Shown here in pieces: positions 1 through 10,410 of a stretch of DNA of 64,000 nucleotides; the first letter of the stretch is position 1; each line of letters starts with the position of its first letter. The notes under the pieces were generated by a model, which was not told the DNA's origin, did no database searches, and saw nothing but the letters and a program-made list of their open reading frames with translations. The stretch comes from Hyphomicrobiales bacterium. GTDB taxonomy: Bacteria > Pseudomonadota > Alphaproteobacteria > Rhizobiales > OSC116. The stretch is taken from assembly GCA_051531935.1 (NCBI GenBank), contig JAOPTR010000016.1, forward strand, positions 354,134-418,133, written 5' to 3'. A program made the position numbers and the translations under genes.

Positions 1-1
1 A

Positions 2-49
2 GGTATTGAAATTAATCGCGAAGCACTTTTAGAATTTGCACCCAAATAG
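2..49 (+). CDS. 3' end of an upstream CDS (partial, product unknown)
   Basis: Open frame from the window edge (...GIEINREALLEFAPK*) ending at TAG 47-49. Only 15 codons are visible. Confidence 0.25.
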   Translation, partial: GIEINREALLEFAPK

Positions 50-64
50 TAATAAGGGAACATA

Positions 65-922
65 ATGACTTTCAGAAAATTATCAGGAACACCACCTAAA
101 ATCGCTTTACCCAAAGGCGCGGTTGATACCCACATCCATATTTATGACAGCAAACGTTTTGGCCCCGAAGAAGGCGGCCCAGGCTTGGTTTCTGACGCAT
201 TAATCGAACATTACGAGCAAGTGCAAAAATGGCTTGGGCTGGAGCGCGTGGTACTTACCAATGGCAATGGTTACCAATTTAACAATAGATGCACATTGGA
301 TGCGCTATACCATTTTGGTGAAAAAGCCCGCGCAATTGTGGCTATTAATCCAGAGACTATTACCGACGACGAAATTGATTCTATGACCATGCAAGGTGTG
401 CGTGGAGCGCGCATTATGAATATCTTGCAAGGGGCAATTGGGCTCGAAGGATTACTTGCTGTGAATGCAAGAGTCAAACCGTTCGGTTGGAATTTAATTG
501 TGCAGTTTGACGGACGAGAAATGGTGCAACATGAGCCATTATTAAAGCAAATTCAAGGTGATTATGTCATCGACCATACTGGAAAATACATAGAACCTGT
601 AAGTGTTGACGACCCATCGTTTACGGCTTTACTAAGACTCATTGACCGTGGCAATTGCTACGTTAAATTAGCAGGTTACTACGAAACTTCTATTGTCGGC
701 GCACCGGGATATGACGACGTGGCTGCTATGGCAAAGGCGTTGATCGCATATGCTCCAGAACGTATTTTATGGGCAACCAATTGGCCTCATAATATGGCGG
801 TGAATGCGGATATCTATCCAAACGATGCTCATTTGATAGATTTAATGAATGACTGGGCTGGCTCGACCAAAGTAAGACAGCAAATTTTTGTCGATAACCC
901 ATCTCAATTATATGGCTTTTGA
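65..922 (+). CDS. Amidohydrolase-family metal-dependent hydrolase (amidohydrolase_2 / LigI-like)
   Basis: 285-aa ORF with the N-terminal metal-ligand motif 'DTHIHIYD' and the C-terminal 'LWATNWPH' typical of TIM-barrel amidohydrolase_2 enzymes. Confidence 0.6.
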   Translation: MTFRKLSGTPPKIALPKGAVDTHIHIYDSKRFGPEEGGPGLVSDALIEHYEQVQKWLGLERVVLTNGNGYQFNNRCTLDALYHFGEKARAIVAINPETITDDEIDSMTMQGVRGARIMNILQGAIGLEGLLAVNARVKPFGWNLIVQFDGREMVQHEPLLKQIQGDYVIDHTGKYIEPVSVDDPSFTALLRLIDRGNCYVKLAGYYETSIVGAPGYDDVAAMAKALIAYAPERILWATNWPHNMAVNADIYPNDAHLIDLMNDWAGSTKVRQQIFVDNPSQLYGF

Positions 923-973
923 GAATCATTATTTAGAGTTATAGCTTAGGTAAATTATATTAAAGGCACTCAC

Positions 974-1771
974 ATGCAAATTATTATATCGCCTGCTAAA
1001 ACTCTAGATTTTGAAACAGCGCCTGTTACAGATATTTACACACAATCTGAATATTTAAACAAATCTCGCACATTAAATGCCCAACTTAAAAAACTAAAAG
1101 TTGCTGATATTTCAAAACTTATGGGTTTGAGCGAAAACCTCGCCACACTTAACGTTGCGCGCTATAAAGAGTGGAAACTGCCTTTCACAACTGACACTGC
1201 TAAGCAGGCCATTTTGGCCTTTAAGGGCGATGTTTATATTGGGTTAAATGCTGAAACCATGAGCGAAGCTGATTTTGAATTTGCGCAACAACATTTGCGC
1301 ATTCTTTCTGGGCTATACGGCATTTTAAAGCCATTGGATTTGATTATGCCGTACCGCTTGGAAATGGGCACGCGACTAGCCACAACAAAAGGCACGAACT
1401 TATACCATTTTTGGGGTGATAGTTTAACTTTGGCTATGAATAAAGAAGCCAAAAGTGACGCTTTTAGTGATGAAGACAATGTGATAATAAACCTTGCCTC
1501 TAACGAATATTCCAAAGTGCTGAACCGTAAAAAATTGAACGCTCAAATCATCACACCTATTTTTAAAGATCAAAAAAACAACCATTATAAAGTGATTAGT
1601 TTTTTCGCAAAAAAGGCTCGTGGATTGATGTCTCGTTACATCATCGACAACCGCATTACCAATGCCGAAGACATTAAGAAATTTGAAATTGCAGGTTATT
1701 ATTTTTGCCCCGAACAATCCACACAAAGTGATTGGATATTCCAACGTGAAGAAAAGCACGCTGGCATGTAA
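974..1771 (+). CDS. yaaA: Peroxide stress protein YaaA (UPF0246)
   Basis: Near full-length similarity to E. coli YaaA as I recall it: 'ISPAKTLDF', 'QAILAFKGDVY', 'FAQQHLRILSGLYG', 'PYRLEMG', 'FFAKKARGLMSR'. Confidence 0.85.
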   Translation: MQIIISPAKTLDFETAPVTDIYTQSEYLNKSRTLNAQLKKLKVADISKLMGLSENLATLNVARYKEWKLPFTTDTAKQAILAFKGDVYIGLNAETMSEADFEFAQQHLRILSGLYGILKPLDLIMPYRLEMGTRLATTKGTNLYHFWGDSLTLAMNKEAKSDAFSDEDNVIINLASNEYSKVLNRKKLNAQIITPIFKDQKNNHYKVISFFAKKARGLMSRYIIDNRITNAEDIKKFEIAGYYFCPEQSTQSDWIFQREEKHAGM

Positions 1772-1836
1772 AATATCAAAATTCGGACAATTCCGTTTAA
1801 ATAAGCTATTCTTGATGTTTAACTTATTGGGAGCTA

Positions 1837-2286
1837 ATGATGGAAGAACCGCGTAAAACTTGGCTTGAGAACCGCACAATCATCATCGCATGGCTTGTTT
1901 TCTTTTTCCCAATTGGGCTATATGCCGTTTGGAAAAGCTCCATTTTTGACGATAATCAAAGGAAGACCATAACCGTAGTGGTCCTCATTGTATCGGTGGG
2001 ATTCTTGTTTTTTGGGTTGCGCAGTTTCCGTGATATTCTTTTTGTTTTTATTTTATGCCCTGGTGCTATTTATTTGCTTTGGAATGACAGCAGTGTCAAA
2101 AAAACCACCACTTATCTATTTTGTGGTGCGATGGTGGTTGTGTTCGTCACTTATTTCAATGGTTATGTTGGTGGCGGAGGTGGTGAGCCTGCATATAATT
2201 CGGACTGTGTTGCTGTGCTTGAAAAAGGTGGCTGCACCTATTACCGAGACGCCAATTGCGTGGTAATTCAAACAACTTGCGGTTAA
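1837..2286 (+). CDS. Hypothetical integral membrane protein with Cys-rich C-terminus
   Basis: 149-aa ORF with about 4 hydrophobic helices and a Gly-run followed by 4 Cys in the last 35 residues. No recognisable family. Confidence 0.45.
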   Translation: MMEEPRKTWLENRTIIIAWLVFFFPIGLYAVWKSSIFDDNQRKTITVVVLIVSVGFLFFGLRSFRDILFVFILCPGAIYLLWNDSSVKKTTTYLFCGAMVVVFVTYFNGYVGGGGGEPAYNSDCVAVLEKGGCTYYRDANCVVIQTTCG

Positions 2287-2323
2287 AGCCCAGACTAAAA
2301 ACTCTGACTAATCACCTTAAACT

Positions 2324-3607
2324 TTACTTCATTGCAGGTGGCATTGGGCCACCTGTAGCCCAGTCTAATAGCTCGATTGTATGAACGATCGGAATTCCTG
2401 TCGCCGAGCCAAGCTGCATCATGCAGCCAATATTACCCGCCGCTATCACTTCTGGTGTTTTGGCTTCTAGGTTTTTTATTTTCCGTTGCTTTAATTGACC
2501 CGAAATTTCGGGCTGCATTAAATTGTAAGTACCCGCAGAGCCACAACATAAGTGAGATTCCGCAGGCTCAACCACTGCAAACCCAACTTGTTTTAACAAG
2601 GTCTTGGGGTGAGTTTTAATTTGCTGCCCATGTTGTAGCGAACAAGCCGAATGATAGGCTACTTTTAAGTTTTTGGCTTTGTTAGCATTTTCTAATTTTA
2701 TATCTATCATCACCTCTGAAATGTCTTTAGATATTGCCGAAACACGTGCTGCATTTTCGGCCAAGTGGGTTTCTTTGAACATATGCCCATAATCTTTAAC
2801 GGTCGTGCCACAGCCCGAGGTGTTTATAACAATTGCATCCAAGCCTTCGCCATCCATTTCGGCCCCCCACGCATTGATATTTTTTGCTGCCGTCGCATGG
2901 CTTTCACTGGTTTTGCCCATGTGATGAGTGAGTGCGCCACAACAGCCTGCGCCTTTGGCTACAATCACCTCGCAACCATGCCGTGTCAGAATACGAATGG
3001 TTGCATCATTAATGTCAGTATTTAGGGCTTTTTGTGCGCAACCAGTCATCAAAGCCACACGTTTTTTGCGTTGACCTTGGGCGGCAAAAGTTTGCGGCCT
3101 ATCATTTGGTGATTTCGGGGGTAATTTATTGGGTGCAAATTCAACCATTGAGCGAATTTTTTTAGGCAATATGGGTGCAAAAGGCTTGGCAATTTTGGCG
3201 CCAAACATAGCCAACCGAAACCGATTAGAATGTGGCAAAATACGGGCTAGCATCCATCTAATCGCCCTATCATCCCATTTTCTGGTGTATTTTTGCTCTA
3301 CATATTCACGCGCATGGTCGATAAGATGCATATAATGCACGCCCGATGGGCAAGTTGTCATGCAGGCCAAACAGCTTAAGCATCTATCAATATGTTTTAC
3401 TGTTTTTTCGTCAGGCACACGGTTGTTTTCTAGCATATCCTTGATTAAATAAATGCGGCCACGCGGGCTGTCTAACTCATCACCCAGCAATTGATAAGTG
3501 GGGCAAGTGGCAGTGCAAAAACCGCAATGTACACAAGCTCTCAAAATTTTATTTGAAGCTGCGGTTGAAGTGTCTTTTAACTGTTCAGGGGTGAAATTAG
3601 TTTGCAT
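2324..3607 (-). CDS. glcF: Glycolate oxidase iron-sulfur subunit GlcF
   Basis: Two 4Fe-4S motifs ('CVHCGFCTATCP', 'CLSCLACMTTCP') and C-terminal CCG motifs ('GAGCCGAL', 'HLCCGSAG'). Its start overlaps the glcE stop by 11 nt. Confidence 0.9.
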   Translation of the reverse strand: MQTNFTPEQLKDTSTAASNKILRACVHCGFCTATCPTYQLLGDELDSPRGRIYLIKDMLENNRVPDEKTVKHIDRCLSCLACMTTCPSGVHYMHLIDHAREYVEQKYTRKWDDRAIRWMLARILPHSNRFRLAMFGAKIAKPFAPILPKKIRSMVEFAPNKLPPKSPNDRPQTFAAQGQRKKRVALMTGCAQKALNTDINDATIRILTRHGCEVIVAKGAGCCGALTHHMGKTSESHATAAKNINAWGAEMDGEGLDAIVINTSGCGTTVKDYGHMFKETHLAENAARVSAISKDISEVMIDIKLENANKAKNLKVAYHSACSLQHGQQIKTHPKTLLKQVGFAVVEPAESHLCCGSAGTYNLMQPEISGQLKQRKIKNLEAKTPEVIAAGNIGCMMQLGSATGIPIVHTIELLDWATGGPMPPAMK

Positions 3608-4796
3608 TTGTGCGCCCCTTTATGCCTAAATTTCCCATTAAATTTGGGTTTAGAATGCCGCTAGGATCGAATTTATTTTTTATCATGGCCGATAATTTCG
3701 CCACACCAATAGATTCTAGTTGAAACGCAGGTATTTTCGTTTTTATTGCATCCGACGCCCGCACCAATGTGGCATGGCCACTGGTTTTTGCCACTGCATT
3801 ACGAATTAGTTTGGCGCTTGCATCATTGTTATCATCGTTCAAATTCACCCACATTAGTCCACCGCCCCAATCATACAAAATCTCTGCTTCGGCATCGGCC
3901 AATATTTCTTGTGTGACAGCAATTGCATCGCTTGGTTTTACCGATATTTTCCAAATGGGAGTTTTGCTATTTGCAAAAATTTCGACATTGCGAATTTGCT
4001 GCCAAATTTCGGCATTTTGTTCGGCTTCTAAAATGTTTGTATCGCTAGTTTTTGCCAATAGGCCTTTTAGTTTATTCAGTCGATAGTCAACCTGACTGTC
4101 AAAGCCTTCAACTCTTAGAAGCACCTGTTTTTTATTCATTATATAAGCCGCGCCTGTCACCTCAAACGGTGAGCCAAGCCCTGCCGACATAATGTCGATT
4201 GCATCCATCAAGGATTGATTTTCAAAAACTAAAGTGGCTTGGCGCTCTGGCAATGGCAGTGTTTTAAAAGCAACTTCGGTAAGTATGCCCAATGTGCCGA
4301 ATGAACCTGCCATCAGCTTCACTAAATCTAAGCCCGTTACGTTTTTCATCACACGGCCACCATTTTTAACAATCTCACCAGAGCCAGAAACATACCGCAC
4401 GCCCAAAAGCGCATCTCGGCACGCCCCCACTTGAATGCGCCTTGAGCCAGAAATATTACACGCCACAACGCCACCAATTGTCGATTGTCCATCTGTTCCA
4501 TAAATGGAGTTATGGGTCATCGGCTCAAATGCTAATCTTTGGCCTTCGCTTTGCAACAATGCTTCAATTTCTGCCAATGGAGTGCCTGTTTTGGCAACCA
4601 GTGTCAGTGCTGCAGGATCGTATAAATTTACGCCCTTAATATCGCTTAAAGATAGAATAGTTTTGGTTGCCACTATGCCACCAAGCCCTGCGCGCGTGCC
4701 CCCACCCTGAATTTTAAGAGTACGCTTTTGCGCATTAGCATCCGCAACCAATTGGCTGAGTTGTTGCTCATCTGTTGGGGTTATTAAATCAAGCAT
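3597..4796 (-). CDS. glcE: Glycolate oxidase FAD-binding subunit GlcE
   Basis: FAD-binding PCMH-type N-terminal domain ('IQGGGTRAGLGG'). Lies between glcD and glcF with overlapping stop/start codons. Confidence 0.85.
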   Translation of the reverse strand: MLDLITPTDEQQLSQLVADANAQKRTLKIQGGGTRAGLGGIVATKTILSLSDIKGVNLYDPAALTLVAKTGTPLAEIEALLQSEGQRLAFEPMTHNSIYGTDGQSTIGGVVACNISGSRRIQVGACRDALLGVRYVSGSGEIVKNGGRVMKNVTGLDLVKLMAGSFGTLGILTEVAFKTLPLPERQATLVFENQSLMDAIDIMSAGLGSPFEVTGAAYIMNKKQVLLRVEGFDSQVDYRLNKLKGLLAKTSDTNILEAEQNAEIWQQIRNVEIFANSKTPIWKISVKPSDAIAVTQEILADAEAEILYDWGGGLMWVNLNDDNNDASAKLIRNAVAKTSGHATLVRASDAIKTKIPAFQLESIGVAKLSAMIKNKFDPSGILNPNLMGNLGIKGRTNAN

Positions 4797-6255
4797 TGTC
4801 GCCCCTCATATTCTTGGAATTTCTGCGTTTTTCGCTTAAAGCAAGCGGATAGACTTTTGCGGGGTTTAGCAACCAATCTGGGTCAAAACAATCCTTCACA
4901 AGCATTTGTGCTTCTAAATCTACATCCGTATATTGAACCGTCATTAAATCGCGTTTTTCTATGCCAACTCCGTGCTCACCCGTTAAGCAGCCGCCCACTT
5001 CGACACATAGGCGCAAAATGTCAGCGCCAAAGTTTTCGGCACGTTCTAAATCGCCTTCTTGGTTGGCATTATAGAGGATAAGTGGGTGCATATTTCCATC
5101 ACCTGCGTGGAAAACATTACCCACTTGCAAGCCATGTTTTTCGGATAACTCACCAATGCCTTTTAATACATCTGCCAAGCGGCTCACGGGCACTGTGCCA
5201 TCTAAACACATATAGTCATTAATTTGCCCAACCGCGCCAAAGGCCGATTTTCGGCCTTTCCAAATCATTGCAGATTCTTCTTCACTATGGCTTTGTTTGA
5301 TAGCAGCAGGGTTTAATTTATTGGCAATTTCAGTAATTTTATCGAGCTGCTCGTTGATTTCTTGTTCACTACCTTCAACCTCAACAATCAGCAAAGCTTC
5401 GACATCGGGGTATCCTGCGCCCGAAAATTCGCCAGCCACTTTAATGATAAGCCGATCCATATATTCGATCGCGACAGGCAAAATACCCGATTTTATAATA
5501 TCTGCTACGCATTGGCCTGCAACAGCAGGTTCATCAAAACCAATCAATACAGGCCGTGCGCCTTCTGGCTTTGGTAATATGCGTAATGTCGCTTCGGTCA
5601 CGATGCCTAATTGGCCTTCCGAGCCACAAATGACGCCCAATAAATCATATCCCGCAGCATCCAAATGCGAACCGCCAATTTCGACAATCTCGCCATCGGC
5701 CATAACCATTGTTACGCCCATCAGGTTATTGGTTGTCACGCCATATTTTAAACAATGAGCGCCACCACTATTCATGGCAATATTACCTGCTATGGCGCAG
5801 GCAAGTTGGCTAGATGGGTCTGGCGCATAGAAAAAATCTTGATCCTCAACTGCACCTGTGACTGAAAGATTTGTTACGCCTGTTTCAACTTTAATAAACC
5901 GATTAGGAATGTCGATTTCTAAATGTTTATTCAGCCTTGCGGTGCCAAGAATTATGCTATCGGCGGTTGGCAATGCTCCGCCTGCGAGCGAGGTACCAGA
6001 ACCGCGCGGCACAACTGGCACTCCAAGTTTATGGCAGGTTTTCATAATGGCTGAAACTTCTTGCGTATTGCTAGGCAGTGTAACGGCCAAAGGCGTGCAG
6101 CGATAGGCCGACAGCCCATCACATTCGTAAGCAATGGTTTCGGCAACATCACTAATTACTGTATTTTGTGGTAATGCAGCTTCTAAAGCTGCCACAATTT
6201 CTTGTCGTCGATTTAGAATTGCAAGATCTGGATCTGGCATTGCGATTGTTGACAT
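4789..6255 (-). CDS. glcD: Glycolate oxidase subunit GlcD (FAD-linked oxidase)
   Basis: 'PRGSGTSLAGGALP' FAD motif and C-terminal 'GCLTGEHGVGIEK'. First gene of the glcDEF operon. Confidence 0.9.
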   Translation of the reverse strand: MSTIAMPDPDLAILNRRQEIVAALEAALPQNTVISDVAETIAYECDGLSAYRCTPLAVTLPSNTQEVSAIMKTCHKLGVPVVPRGSGTSLAGGALPTADSIILGTARLNKHLEIDIPNRFIKVETGVTNLSVTGAVEDQDFFYAPDPSSQLACAIAGNIAMNSGGAHCLKYGVTTNNLMGVTMVMADGEIVEIGGSHLDAAGYDLLGVICGSEGQLGIVTEATLRILPKPEGARPVLIGFDEPAVAGQCVADIIKSGILPVAIEYMDRLIIKVAGEFSGAGYPDVEALLIVEVEGSEQEINEQLDKITEIANKLNPAAIKQSHSEEESAMIWKGRKSAFGAVGQINDYMCLDGTVPVSRLADVLKGIGELSEKHGLQVGNVFHAGDGNMHPLILYNANQEGDLERAENFGADILRLCVEVGGCLTGEHGVGIEKRDLMTVQYTDVDLEAQMLVKDCFDPDWLLNPAKVYPLALSEKRRNSKNMRGDNA

Positions 6256-6517
6256 TTTGACCCTCTATACCCAAATTTTGAACCCAATTCAAAGATTGAA
6301 GCTTATATTCGTTCGACACCTGTAGCAATGAATATTTTCTCAACCCATTCATTTAACGGCACAATATAACCGAGAACAACCAGATTATCATGCATTATAA
6401 AGATGGCCATTGACGCCCAAATTAAATGGATAAAATTGAGTGACTGGGCCGCAAGTTCGATTTAGCGGCAACCTATCCGATCAAACCCATTATTAATATA
6501 TCAATTTTTAAAATATA

Positions 6518-6545
6518 TTGACATCTTGCCTATCTCTCTTATCTT
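6518..6545 (+). promoter_or_regulatory. Candidate sigma70-type promoter for maeB
   Basis: TTGACA (6518-6523), 16-nt spacer, TATCTT (6540-6545), about 100 nt upstream of the maeB ATG. Confidence 0.3.
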
Positions 6546-6576
6546 GAAGCTCTTATTTTCTAAATTTAAAACTAAT

Positions 6577-6609
6577 TCATTTGCAAATATATTTAATATT
6601 TACAAATGA
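6577..6609. promoter_or_regulatory. 13-bp inverted repeat (possible operator or 5'-UTR hairpin) upstream of maeB
   Basis: TCATTTGCAAATA (6577-6589), 7-nt spacer, TATTTACAAATGA (6597-6609). The arms are 12/13 complementary. It sits between the candidate promoter and the ATG at 6645. Confidence 0.45.
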
Positions 6610-6644
6610 AAACATAATCTTATACATGATTGGGCAAGTATATT

Positions 6645-8936
6645 ATGACTGACGATTCTAACGAGAAAAAAGCGCTCGACCAAGCGGCGTTGCATTTTCA
6701 TCAATATCCAAAACCAGGTAAATTGGAGATTACAGCCACCAAACCATTGGGCAACCAACGCGATTTGGCATTGGCATATTCACCTGGTGTGGCAGCACCG
6801 TGTTTGGAAATTGAGAAAGACCCCCTAAAAGCTTCGGACTATACGTCACGTGGTAATTTGGTTGCCGTAATTTCTAACGGAACAGCTGTTTTGGGCTTGG
6901 GTGCCATTGGTGCGCTGGCTTCAAAACCAGTGATGGAAGGAAAAGCGGTTTTATTCAAAAAATTTGCAGGCATAGATGTTTTTGACATTGAAGTTGATGA
7001 ATTAGACCCTGATAAATTCATTGACACAGTCGCCTCATTAGAACCAACTTTTGGCGGAATTAATTTAGAAGATATCAAAGCCCCTGAATGCTTTTATATT
7101 GAAGAAGAATTACGCAAACGGATGAAAATTCCTGTTTTTCATGATGACCAGCATGGTACGGCTATCATTGTGGGCGCTGCGGTTATTAATGCTTTACATC
7201 TTTCTAATAAGAAAATTGAAGATGTGCGCATTGTGGCTTCGGGCGCGGGCGCAGCGGCATTGGCTTGTCTTAATTTACTTGTATCTTTGGGCGCAAAAAA
7301 AGAAAATATTTTAGTTTGCGATAGTAAAGGCGTTATCTACCAAGGCCGAAACTCCAACTTGGATAAATGGAAAGGCGCTTATGAGCGCGATACAGATTTA
7401 CGCACGCTAGAAGATTGCATGCCTGGTGCCGATATTTTCTTAGGCCTCAGCGCGGCGGGTATTATGAAACCGCACATGTTGGAAAAAATGGCAAAAAATC
7501 CTTTAATCTTGGCTCTCTCCAACCCAACACCCGAAATTATGCCCGATTTAGCCCGCGAAGTGCGCCCAGATGCGATGATTTGCACAGGCAGAAGTGACTT
7601 CACGAACCAAGTGAATAATGTGCTGTGTTTCCCATTCCTATTCCGCGGTGCATTGGATGTAGTGGCGAGTGCGATCAACGAAGAAATGAAAATGGCGGCC
7701 GTGAATGCCATTGCTGCATTGGCACGCGAACCAATTTTAGATGATACGACCACCTCGGTAAGCGGTAACATACCTACATTTGGTCCAGATTATTTAATCC
7801 CTAGCCCATTTGACCCACGCTTAATTTTACACATTGCCCCTGCTGTTGCTCTGGCGGCTGAGCAAACAGGAGTGGCTTTGCGTCCTATCGAAGATATGGA
7901 TGTATATATGAGCACATTGGAGCGTTTTGTATTCCGCTCTGGCATGGTGATGAAGCCAATTATTGAACGTGCTAAAGCCGACCCAAAACGAGTTATTTTT
8001 GCCGATGGTGAGGATGAGCGTGTATTGCGTGCTGCCCAAGTATTGCTTGAAGAAGGTAGCGCCATCCCTATGCTTATTGGCCGTCCATCGGTTATTGAAG
8101 CGCGGCTTAAGCGTTTTGGCCTCAACCTAAAGCTTGGCACTGATATCGAGGTGATTAACCCCGAAGATGACCCGCGTTATCACCAATATGTTGAGCGCTT
8201 CCACTCGTTGGTTATTCGCAAGGGCGTAACACCTGACGCTGCACGCACAATTGTGCGTACAAACACCACTGTAATTGGTGCTTTGGCTGTTGATTGCGGC
8301 GATGCAGATGCGCTTATTTGCGGGTTACAAGGTCGTTATATCAAGCATATACGTGACATTAAATCTATCATCGGGTTGGCCGAAAATGCGCCTGATTACT
8401 CTGCATTGTCGCTTTTATTAATTGCCAATAAAGAGCCGATGTTCCTTGCTGATACATATGTAACGGACGAACCAACTTGCGACGAGATTGTTGCCATGGC
8501 GAGCGAAGCTGCCGAACATTTTAAGAATTTTGGCATCGAGCCTAAAACTGCAATGCTGTCTTATTCTAACTTTGGCTCGCGCACCAGTAAATCGACCGAA
8601 AAAATGAACCGCGCATATCATAAATTAAGAGCTAAATTTCCAGATATGATGTTGGAAGGTGAAATGCAGGGCGATGTTGCCTTAAGTGAAATATACCGCC
8701 AAAAATTAATACCCAATTCTTCACTTAAGGGATCAGCAAATCTATTGCTATTTCCTAATCTTGATGCTTCTAACATTGCGCTTACACTGCTTAAGGAAGC
8801 TACAAATGCCTTGCATGTTGGCCCTATTTTAATGGGCACAGCAAAACCTGCGCATGTGATAACACCAAGTGTGACCACAAGGGGCTTAGTGAATATTGCA
8901 TCTATCGCGGTAACGGAAGTGCAGCAAAAAGCTTGA
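6645..8936 (+). CDS. maeB: NADP-dependent malic enzyme (malic enzyme + PTA-like C-terminal domain)
   Basis: About 760 aa. N-terminal malic-enzyme motifs ('[10 protein letters not shown]', '[15 protein letters not shown]', '[11 protein letters not shown]', 'GAGAAA') plus a phosphate-acetyltransferase-like C-terminal half. The ATG at 6645 is preferred over the TTG at 6630. Confidence 0.9.
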   Translation: MTDDSNEKKALDQAALHFHQYPKPGKLEITATKPLGNQRDLALAYSPGVAAPCLEIEKDPLKASDYTSRGNLVAVISNGTAVLGLGAIGALASKPVMEGKAVLFKKFAGIDVFDIEVDELDPDKFIDTVASLEPTFGGINLEDIKAPECFYIEEELRKRMKIPVFHDDQHGTAIIVGAAVINALHLSNKKIEDVRIVASGAGAAALACLNLLVSLGAKKENILVCDSKGVIYQGRNSNLDKWKGAYERDTDLRTLEDCMPGADIFLGLSAAGIMKPHMLEKMAKNPLILALSNPTPEIMPDLAREVRPDAMICTGRSDFTNQVNNVLCFPFLFRGALDVVASAINEEMKMAAVNAIAALAREPILDDTTTSVSGNIPTFGPDYLIPSPFDPRLILHIAPAVALAAEQTGVALRPIEDMDVYMSTLERFVFRSGMVMKPIIERAKADPKRVIFADGEDERVLRAAQVLLEEGSAIPMLIGRPSVIEARLKRFGLNLKLGTDIEVINPEDDPRYHQYVERFHSLVIRKGVTPDAARTIVRTNTTVIGALAVDCGDADALICGLQGRYIKHIRDIKSIIGLAENAPDYSALSLLLIANKEPMFLADTYVTDEPTCDEIVAMASEAAEHFKNFGIEPKTAMLSYSNFGSRTSKSTEKMNRAYHKLRAKFPDMMLEGEMQGDVALSEIYRQKLIPNSSLKGSANLLLFPNLDASNIALTLLKEATNALHVGPILMGTAKPAHVITPSVTTRGLVNIASIAVTEVQQKA

Positions 8937-8942
8937 TACTGA

Positions 8943-9836
8943 TTATGGGAGGCGCGCAAGTGAAGGTTTGAGCGCCTCTTTCATATATGCGGCAAATATT
9001 TTAACTGCGGCGGGTATAATTTCGGCCTGTGGCCATGCTGCGTAAATTCCAACATTATTAGAGCCTTCATACTGTGGCAAAATGCGCACCAAGCGGCCAG
9101 TGTCTAACTCGTCTGAAATATCCCAAAGTGAGCGCAACGCAATGCCACTTCCTGTGATGGCTAATTCACGTACAATTTCACTCGAATTGGTACTCACTAG
9201 GCTTTTACCTGCAATCAAAACCTCGCCTTTAGAGCCCGTAAGACGCCATGGCATTTGGTCGTTTGTGGCTAATAATTTATGTTCATTCAGTTGCGAAATA
9301 TCTTTTGGTTCGCCATGTAACTTCAAATATTCTGGCGAGGCACATAGGATGCGATAATTTGTACCTAACCGAACGCCATCAACACTGGCGGTTAAGTTGA
9401 CCGCAATTCGTATGGCTAAATCTATGCCTTCATTCCTAATGTCTACATATTTATCGGTTAAATTAAATTCCAAATCTATTTGAGGATGTGCTTGCATAAA
9501 GCCATGTAATAAAGGCGCAATGTGCAGGCGGCCAAATGAAGTGGGCGCAGATACACGCAAGCGCCCAGCAGGAATATGCTGCACTCCCGAAATTTTCCCC
9601 TCGGCAAGATGCACAGTTTCAAGTATTTTCTTAACATCTTCATAAAAGCTTTGCCCCGATGGGGTTAATGAAAACCGATGGGTTGTGCGCAAAATAAGCT
9701 GCGTTCCTAAACGTCGTTCTAGCTCGGCCAAACGTTTTGAAACCATTGCATTCGAGATGTTTAGCTTTCGCCCTGCCCCCGAAAGGCTGCCTTCTTCCAC
9801 AATGTTGCGATAAAGCTCATATTCACTGGTGCGCAT
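8943..9836 (-). CDS. LysR-family transcriptional regulator
   Basis: N-terminal wHTH ('GSLSGAGRKLNISNAMVSKRLAELE') plus a LysR substrate-binding domain. Divergent from glcG-glcB. Confidence 0.85.
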   Translation of the reverse strand: MRTSEYELYRNIVEEGSLSGAGRKLNISNAMVSKRLAELERRLGTQLILRTTHRFSLTPSGQSFYEDVKKILETVHLAEGKISGVQHIPAGRLRVSAPTSFGRLHIAPLLHGFMQAHPQIDLEFNLTDKYVDIRNEGIDLAIRIAVNLTASVDGVRLGTNYRILCASPEYLKLHGEPKDISQLNEHKLLATNDQMPWRLTGSKGEVLIAGKSLVSTNSSEIVRELAITGSGIALRSLWDISDELDTGRLVRILPQYEGSNNVGIYAAWPQAEIIPAAVKIFAAYMKEALKPSLARLP

Positions 9837-9965
9837 AATTGTTATTTTCCTCAGAGCGAAAACAGTTTTTGTTATTTACCATCTACCAAAATACCAACGC
9901 ATAGTCTAGATTTATTGGTAACGATTCTACAGATCGAAAATCATACATATTTTTAGGGAACCATT

Positions 9966-10394
9966 ATGAAAAGAATATCGCTCGAAGCGGCAAACATCAT
10001 TATTGACGCAGCTTTTAAAAAAGGTGCTGAATTGGGCTTAAACCCGTTGAGTGTTTCGGTTTTGGATGCAGGTGGCAACCCAATCGCGTTTCAGCGTCAA
10101 GATGGCTGTTCAAACTCTCGCTTTCAAATTGCTTCCGGTAAAGCTGCAGGCGCTTTGGCACTTGGTGTTTCGTCCCGCACGGTAGAAAAAATGGCGATTG
10201 ACCGCCCGCATTTTGTTGGCGCTTTTGTAAGCCAAACTCCATTTGGCCTTATTCCTGCCGCAGGCGGATTAATTGCTAAAGATGCTGCTGGCGATATTGT
10301 TGGCGCAGTCGGCGTCACTGGTGATACATCGGACAATGATGAATTATGTACCGTTGCAGGCATTGAAGCTGCAAACCTAATCGCACAAATGTAA
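9966..10394 (+). CDS. glcG: GlcG/HbpS-family (DUF336) haem-binding protein
   Basis: 142 aa with 'GAVGVTGDTSDNDELC' and 'AAGGLI' motifs typical of GlcG. Immediately upstream of malate synthase G. Confidence 0.75.
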   Translation: MKRISLEAANIIIDAAFKKGAELGLNPLSVSVLDAGGNPIAFQRQDGCSNSRFQIASGKAAGALALGVSSRTVEKMAIDRPHFVGAFVSQTPFGLIPAAGGLIAKDAAGDIVGAVGVTGDTSDNDELCTVAGIEAANLIAQM

Positions 10395-10410
10395 CTCTTA
10401 AGGATTTAAA

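Noticed and set aside
5297-5758. 153-aa + strand ORF, with many similar 60-200-aa track ORFs such as 12023-12484, 25372-25983, 21178-21678, 61408-61860 and 51562-51948.
   Set aside because: All lie antisense to, or out of frame within, long well-supported genes (glcD, glcB, metY, pepN, phage structural genes). They have Ser/Pro/Ala/Cys-skewed low-complexity translations and no ribosome-binding sites. They are treated as shadow ORFs.
9837-9965. TACCAA...TTGGTA half-site-like sequences in the LysR-glcG intergenic region, resembling the phage operator half-sites.
   Set aside because: The spacing (about 18 nt between arms) and the sequence differ from the phage TACCA-N3-TGGTA dyad. The similarity is limited to 5-6 nt in AT-rich DNA and is probably coincidence. 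It may instead be part of a LysR T-N11-A type site.
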